Shown here: piece by piece, positions 58,556 to 64,000 of the stretch | Layout of the letters: each line of letters begins with the position of its first letter | Numbering within the stretch: position 1 is the stretch's first letter | Origin: an uncultured delta proteobacterium | Lineage (GTDB): Bacteria > Desulfobacterota > Binatia > Binatales > Binataceae | Direction of reading: 5' to 3' | NCBI GenBank assembly: GCA_963711565.1 | Contig: CAVQEQ010000004.1 | Span: forward strand, 1,536,001-1,600,000 | DNA: 64,000 bases | Program-made: the position numbers and the translations under genes | The notes under the pieces: model-generated | Told to the model about the DNA's origin: nothing | The model's input: the letters and a program-made list of their open reading frames with translations, nothing else | Database searches by the model: none

Positions 58556-60094
58556 ATGCCGCAGCATGTTGTCGTCGAAACGGATTGCGGAAAGCTTCGC
58601 GGCGTCGCCGAGGGAGGCGTCAACGTTTTCAAGGGTATCCCGTACGCCGCATCGCCCGAGGGTGACGGCCGCTTCGCCGCGCCGCGCAGCCTCCGGCCCT
58701 GGAGGGGCGTTCGCGACGCTTTCGACTTCGGCAATCGCGCGATGCAGGACGAGAATGCATTCGCGTTGCCGCCCGCGATGCTCAAGCTGTTCGCGGGCCG
58801 CGAGCTCCCGCCGATGAGCGAGAACTGCCTTGTACTGAACGTGTGGACCCCCGCCGTCAACGACGGACGCAAGCGCCCCGTCATGTTCTGGTGCCATGGC
58901 GGCGCGTTCATTTCGGGCTCCGGCGATTCGCCGTGGTACGACGGGACCAACCTCTGCCGCAAGGGCGACGTCGTTGTCGTGACGATCAACCATCGGCTGG
59001 GAGCCTTCGGCTATCTGCACCTGGGCGAGTTCGGCGGCGAGGGATTTGGAGCCTCAGGAAATGCCGGAATGCTCGATATCGTCGCGGCGCTCGAATGGGT
59101 CCGCGACAATATCGCGGCCTTCGGCGGCGACGCGGGCAACGTGACAATCTTCGGTGAGTCCGGCGGTGGCGCGAAGGTCAGCGTGCTGATGGCGATGCCG
59201 ACGGCGCACGGTCTGTTTCACAAGGCGATCATTCAAAGCGGTCCTGCAGTACAGATGGCCAGCCGCGACGACGCGAGCGAGACCGCGCGCCAACTGGTGG
59301 CGGAGTTAAACCTCAGTCCCGGCAACGTGAGCGAGTTGCGCAAGGTGCCCGCGGTGAAGCTCGCACAGGCGCAGGCCGCGGTCCTGAAAAAAGTCAGCAT
59401 GATGTCCTTCGCCAATCGGCGGCGCGTCGGTTTCAATCCCGTGGTCGACGGAAAATATTTGCCCGGCGGTCCCTTCGCGCCGACTGCCCCGGCAATTTCC
59501 GCGAACGTGCCGCTGATGATCGGCACGAATAAAGATGAGATGACGCTGTTCTTCGCATTCGCGCCGTGGCTCGACGGACTGGACGAGGCCGCGATGCGCA
59601 AGCGCGTGCAGATGTTCGTCGGCGATCAGGCCGACAACATCATCGAGGCTTACCGGCGCGCGCGACCCAACGATTCGCTGCGCGACTTGGTGCTGGCGAT
59701 CGCGACCGACCACGCGATGCGAATGCCGTCGCTCGTCACCGCGGACCGCAAGGTCGCGCAGCACGCCGCGCCCGTGTTCGTCTACATGTTCACCTGGGAG
59801 ACTCCCGTGCTGGACGGCAGGCTCAAATCGCCGCATGCGCTCGAGATTCCGTTTGTCTTCGACACCGTGCACACCTCGGGGTTGACGGGAGATTCGCCGA
59901 CGCGATTCGCGCTCGCCGACAAGATGAGCCGCACCTGGCTCGCGTTCGCGCGCGCCGGAAATCCGAATCATGAGGGCATTCCGAACTGGCCGCAATATTC
60001 AACCGAGCAGCGTCCGACGATGATGTTCGACAATCAATGTCGCGTCGAAAACGATCCCTATCGAGCGGAACGGCTGGCTTGGGAGGCGCACTAG
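58556..60094 (+). CDS. Type-B carboxylesterase
   Basis: FKGIPYA, SENCL.LNVWTP, HGG, GESGG, H..E..FVF. Confidence 0.93.
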   Translation: MPQHVVVETDCGKLRGVAEGGVNVFKGIPYAASPEGDGRFAAPRSLRPWRGVRDAFDFGNRAMQDENAFALPPAMLKLFAGRELPPMSENCLVLNVWTPAVNDGRKRPVMFWCHGGAFISGSGDSPWYDGTNLCRKGDVVVVTINHRLGAFGYLHLGEFGGEGFGASGNAGMLDIVAALEWVRDNIAAFGGDAGNVTIFGESGGGAKVSVLMAMPTAHGLFHKAIIQSGPAVQMASRDDASETARQLVAELNLSPGNVSELRKVPAVKLAQAQAAVLKKVSMMSFANRRRVGFNPVVDGKYLPGGPFAPTAPAISANVPLMIGTNKDEMTLFFAFAPWLDGLDEAAMRKRVQMFVGDQADNIIEAYRRARPNDSLRDLVLAIATDHAMRMPSLVTADRKVAQHAAPVFVYMFTWETPVLDGRLKSPHALEIPFVFDTVHTSGLTGDSPTRFALADKMSRTWLAFARAGNPNHEGIPNWPQYSTEQRPTMMFDNQCRVENDPYRAERLAWEAH

Positions 60095-60102
60095 GCGGCG
60101 GG

Positions 60103-61077
60103 TCACTCGTGCTTCGGATGGGCCTTGAAGAACGTCCAGATCGTGCTGGTCGCGTCGAGGAGGTTGGTCGAGTTGCCGAAAATATGAGGCAGAGCGACTT
60201 GAGCGCCGGGCCAGACGTGGCCCTGTCCCTCGACCGTCACATACTCGAACTCGCCGTGCGCGCACTTATTCCACAGCACGTCGTGGAGGCCGCCGGAGTC
60301 TCGCACGGTGCGAGGTTCGCCGGTACATCCGAGTGCATCGCGCCATCCGCTGAGCGTGTCCTCGACCGGCGCATGGTTCTGAGCGTTGCCCCATGGCGAC
60401 GTTGCGCTTCCGCCGGCGAGCGGATTCAGCGGATCGGCGGTCCCGATGATGAACAGCGTCGGCATCGCTCCTGTGAGCTTCAGCGGCTTGCTCCACAGCT
60501 CGCCCGAGACCGGCGCGATCGCGGCGATGCGCGAGGTCAGCTCCGCACCGAGCACCCAGCTTATCGAGCCGCCGTTGGAAAATCCCGTGACGTAAACGCG
60601 TGCTGGATCCGCACCGTAGTTGCTCTCTAGGAGATCGATTAGCGCCGCGATGAACCCAACGTCGTCAACTTGCTTGCCTGCGCCACCACCGTTTCCTGAG
60701 CTCCAATTCCACTGCCGCGGATTCGTGCGAAAATTCGGCGGCTGATCCGGCGACTGGGGTGTCGCGTCGGGAAACACCGCAAGAAAATTCTCGCGATCGG
60801 CGAGGGCGTCCCATCCGGTCTGATTCTCGACGCGCGCGCCGCTGCCTCCCCTTCCGTGGAGCATGATCACAACGGGAGTTTTTCGATGCGGGTCGAAGCC
60901 GGACGGAACGTGAACGATGAAACTCCGCGCCATCCCACCGAATTGAAGCATCTCCTCGTGATCTCCCGGCGCTGCCGGTGCGTTCTCAGCCGCCGATACA
61001 TGCAGGGCGGGCACAAGGAGCAGCATTGCCACGAAGATCACGGCGCCAGGGGCCGCGCTGAATAGCCGTCTACTCAC
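60103..61077 (-). CDS. Secreted esterase, PHB-depolymerase/LpqC family
   Basis: Signal peptide, LHG.GG, VDDVGFI, GFSNGG, GTADP, GHVWPG. Confidence 0.85.
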   Translation of the reverse strand: MSRRLFSAAPGAVIFVAMLLLVPALHVSAAENAPAAPGDHEEMLQFGGMARSFIVHVPSGFDPHRKTPVVIMLHGRGGSGARVENQTGWDALADRENFLAVFPDATPQSPDQPPNFRTNPRQWNWSSGNGGGAGKQVDDVGFIAALIDLLESNYGADPARVYVTGFSNGGSISWVLGAELTSRIAAIAPVSGELWSKPLKLTGAMPTLFIIGTADPLNPLAGGSATSPWGNAQNHAPVEDTLSGWRDALGCTGEPRTVRDSGGLHDVLWNKCAHGEFEYVTVEGQGHVWPGAQVALPHIFGNSTNLLDATSTIWTFFKAHPKHE

Positions 61078-64000
61078 TCAATTCCTTGAGGAGCGCCTTA
61101 GCGTCCTTAAGATCAGCCGTGTCGAAACCTTCGGTGAACCAGTTGTAGATGTCGTCGAGCATCGCACGCGCTTCATCGCGGCGGTCGGTACTCATCAGCA
61201 TTCGCGCGAGCGAGGTCGTCGCGCGCAGTTCGAGCGATTTCGCCCCCTGCTGTCGGGCCTTCTTGATCGCGTGCTCGACCGACGCTCTCGCCAGAGCCGG
61301 ATCGGAAGGACTCTGACCGAGGAGCAACTCGCCGCGAAGACGATTAATTTCCGCTTCCCAGAAACATTCGCCGCTGCGACGGACCAGGTCCAGGGCGTCG
61401 CCGATCGCCTTCAAACCATGCTCGATGCGTCCGGCTCTCAGGCACGCGTCGGCGAGAGTCGCGAGACTGAGCGTAAGCCACAACTCCTCTCGGTTGGCCG
61501 AAAGTGCATCGGTTTCTTCGCGTATCTGCCCCACTCCCTCCTCCGCTCTTCCAAGCTCGGTTAAGGCCCACCCTTTGACAACTCGCGCATGGCGCAGAAC
61601 GTAGAGGAACCCCACGTCCTCCGCTGTGTTTATCGCGGCCCCGGCGATTTCCAGCGCAAGCTTCGGTTCCAGCATCATGCGATGAACCAGTGCCTTCAAG
61701 TACAAGGCGAAAGCTGCCGACATGGCGTCTCCAAGTTCCTTCGCAAGTGAAACGGCCCGCTCCGCGCATCGCCGCGCCGCATCGGGACGACCGCGCAGCC
61801 ATGACAGCTGCGCGTCCCATGCATAACCGCACACGGCCGGATGATGAGCGGTGTAGAGGGGGACGGCAGCCGAACGAAGCTTCGACTCGAACAGCTTGAG
61901 CCCCCGCTCGACATGGCGTTGCGAGGCCTCCAGTTCACCTGCGGAAAGCGCCACCGACCAGTCATGATGGATCGCCTCGAGAAGGAAAACCGGATCGGGG
62001 TGGCGATCGACGAAATCCCAGATCGGCTTCTGCCGTTCGCGGGCTCCGCTCAAGTTGCCGCCGACGTAGAGCAGTCCAAACAATCCAACCAGTAGCGCGA
62101 ACTGCTGCTCGGGTGTGGCTCCTGTCTCAGCAAGCTGCTCGGCGCGAAGATAGGCCCTCTCGGTTTCCGGCGCCGCCCACCCTTTGGTGGCCATCAGCGC
62201 GGGACCAAGGCTGGTTTGGAGCACGAATTCGCGCCGGTCCCGCTCGGGGCTGGATGGCGTGCGTTCAAGTAATTCCAAGGCGGCGGCGAGGTTCCGCATC
62301 GCCTCGCCGTACGCCAGTCGCCGAACGGCCCGGAGACCTGCGCTTTCGAGATAGTCGAGTGCCTTCGCGGAATTTCCGCTGCGGCTGTAATGATGGGCCA
62401 GTTCGTCGAGGTGGTCGTCGATTGAATTTGTGTAGAGACTCTCGAGAGCCGCACCGATTCGTCCATGAAGTTGTCTGCGCCGTTCCATCAGTACCGAGTT
62501 GTACGAGACCTCCTGGGTCAAGGCGTGCTTGAAAGTGTATTCTGAATCGCCGATGGCCGGCTGCTCGTAGATGAACTCGCCGAGTTGGAGGTCATCGAGC
62601 AGGCGCCTCGTCTCATCATCCGGAACGGAGACCACCGCACGAATCAGCGACAGCGGAAACTCGCGGCCAATTACTGCCAGCGTCTGTAACAGGTCTTTGG
62701 CATCCTGCGGCAATCGGTCGATGCGCGCCGCAAGGATCGCCTGCACGGTCGGCGGAATCTTCAACTCCGCCAACGACCGGGTGAGCTTTACCGCCCCGCC
62801 GTCACGCACTAGCGCGTTCTCGTCGAACAGGACCTGCACCGTCTCTTCCATGAAGAACGGATTGCCCTCGGTCTTCTCGACAATCAGCCGCTTGAGCGGC
62901 GCGAGTTCGACGCTGTTGCCGACCAGGGCCGAGAGCATCTCGTCGGCACTCTCTTTTCCCAGCGGGTCCAGGCGCAACTGAATGTAGTAGGTCTTGCTGT
63001 TCCACTGATGCGAATACTCGGGGCGATAATTGACCAGCAGCAGGACCTTGGCGGTGCCGATTGAGTCCGCGAGCAGATTCAGAAATGCCTGCGTCTCCTC
63101 GTCGATCCAGTGCAGGTCTTCGAAGATCACGATCAGCGGCTGATTGAGCGACTCGCGCAGCAGCAATCGTTTGATCGCGTCCAGCGTGCGCCGCTTGCGA
63201 ACCTGCGGATCCATTTGCGCCAGGGGGTCCTTCTTTTGCACTTCATGCAAATATTCGTCGAGACGATCAAGTGCTTGCTCCCAATGCGGAAAGTGCTCGG
63301 CGCCCTCGGAGATTCCCAACAAGGAGAACAGGTACGGAATCGTGTCTTCCAGCGAGCGATCGAGCGTCAGGACTTTGCCGTTGACCTTTTCGCGACGCAT
63401 GCGCTCGTCATCGCTACCGGCGATTTTGAAGTAACCGTGCAACAAATCGATCACCGGCAGGAATGCCGACGCCTTGCCGTGGGAGACCGAAAACGTTTCG
63501 AGCACCATCCAGCCCGATTGCGCGACCGCCTTGAACTCGAAATAGAGGCGCGACTTGCCGACTCCAGCCTCAGCCATCGCCGCCACAATCTGGCCGCGTC
63601 CAGCCTTGGCCTGCTCGGCCGCACGCTTGAGCGCGTCGATCTCGGCCTGCCGCCCCACGAACTTCGACAAACCGCGACCCGCCGAGCGTTGCAGTCGCGT
63701 GCGCAGCGGCCCCAGCCCCGTCACTTCGTAAACGTTGACCAGTTCGCTGACGCCTTTGACCCTGGTCGGCCCGAGCGGTTTGAGCGCGAAATATCCTTCG
63801 ACCAGCCTGCGCGTCTGCTCGCTGATAGCGATCGAGCCGGTCGGCGCTAGCGCCTGCATCCGCGAGGCGAGATTGGTCGTGTGCCCGATGGGCGTGTATT
63901 CAGTGTGTCCGGCGCCGGTCGCGATCGAACGCACCACGACCTCTCCGGTGTTCACACCGACGCGCGCTTCGATCGGCAGGTTGCCGGACTCGCGCAATTT
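61070..64000 (-). CDS. Class III adenylate/guanylate cyclase - AAA ATPase - TPR protein (5' end outside the window)
   Basis: RVGVNTGEVV..G.TTNLASR.Q, FVGR..E, AEAGVGKSRL, FEDLHWID, GNPFF.EE, FTEGFDT.DL. Confidence 0.9.
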   Translation of the reverse strand, partial: KLRESGNLPIEARVGVNTGEVVVRSIATGAGHTEYTPIGHTTNLASRMQALAPTGSIAISEQTRRLVEGYFALKPLGPTRVKGVSELVNVYEVTGLGPLRTRLQRSAGRGLSKFVGRQAEIDALKRAAEQAKAGRGQIVAAMAEAGVGKSRLYFEFKAVAQSGWMVLETFSVSHGKASAFLPVIDLLHGYFKIAGSDDERMRREKVNGKVLTLDRSLEDTIPYLFSLLGISEGAEHFPHWEQALDRLDEYLHEVQKKDPLAQMDPQVRKRRTLDAIKRLLLRESLNQPLIVIFEDLHWIDEETQAFLNLLADSIGTAKVLLLVNYRPEYSHQWNSKTYYIQLRLDPLGKESADEMLSALVGNSVELAPLKRLIVEKTEGNPFFMEETVQVLFDENALVRDGGAVKLTRSLAELKIPPTVQAILAARIDRLPQDAKDLLQTLAVIGREFPLSLIRAVVSVPDDETRRLLDDLQLGEFIYEQPAIGDSEYTFKHALTQEVSYNSVLMERRRQLHGRIGAALESLYTNSIDDHLDELAHHYSRSGNSAKALDYLESAGLRAVRRLAYGEAMRNLAAALELLERTPSSPERDRREFVLQTSLGPALMATKGWAAPETERAYLRAEQLAETGATPEQQFALLVGLFGLLYVGGNLSGARERQKPIWDFVDRHPDPVFLLEAIHHDWSVALSAGELEASQRHVERGLKLFESKLRSAAVPLYTAHHPAVCGYAWDAQLSWLRGRPDAARRCAERAVSLAKELGDAMSAAFALYLKALVHRMMLEPKLALEIAGAAINTAEDVGFLYVLRHARVVKGWALTELGRAEEGVGQIREETDALSANREELWLTLSLATLADACLRAGRIEHGLKAIGDALDLVRRSGECFWEAEINRLRGELLLGQSPSDPALARASVEHAIKKARQQGAKSLELRATTSLARMLMSTDRRDEARAMLDDIYNWFTEGFDTADLKDAKALLKELSE

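Noticed and set aside
1-64000. tRNA, rRNA, integrase/att site
   Set aside because: None recognised by eye; tRNAscan or Rfam would be needed to exclude them formally

Overview
GC-rich bacterial chromosome window. The gene repertoire (SBBP/NHL surface proteins with Thr-rich linkers, LLM oxidoreductases, a cyclase-AAA-TPR protein) resembles Candidatus Binatota; this is an inference. The left 29 kb holds a Mu-type virion gene set, mostly on the minus strand: CI-like repressor (plus strand), small Zn-finger, Mor/C activator, GH108 lysin, holin, three lipoproteins, gp25/gp26/gp27-like genes, large terminase, a 49-aa Zn-ribbon ORF missing from the ORF track, portal, protease/scaffold, decoration protein, major capsid, gp36 and gp37, continuing off the left edge. 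All of these frames are intact. However, the ner/transposase A/B/early region is missing between repressor and mor, about 16 kb of host-type genes sit between portal and protease where gp30/gp31 would be, and host palindromic repeats have invaded the cluster, even in frame inside genes. The best hypothesis is a domesticated, replication-less Mu-derived particle system (gene-transfer-agent-like); a decaying prophage is the alternative. Other highlights: an IS5 element nested in its own MITE inside hairpin repeats; several dispersed hairpin repeat families; an IrrE-like peptidase / GNAT (LuxI/FeeM-like) / desaturase / MacB-type permeases / XRE locus; a phosphonate cluster with frameshifted phnX; and a frameshifted cyclic beta-1,2-glucan synthase. 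No rRNA, tRNA or CRISPR array was seen. All family assignments come from motif recognition, not database searches.
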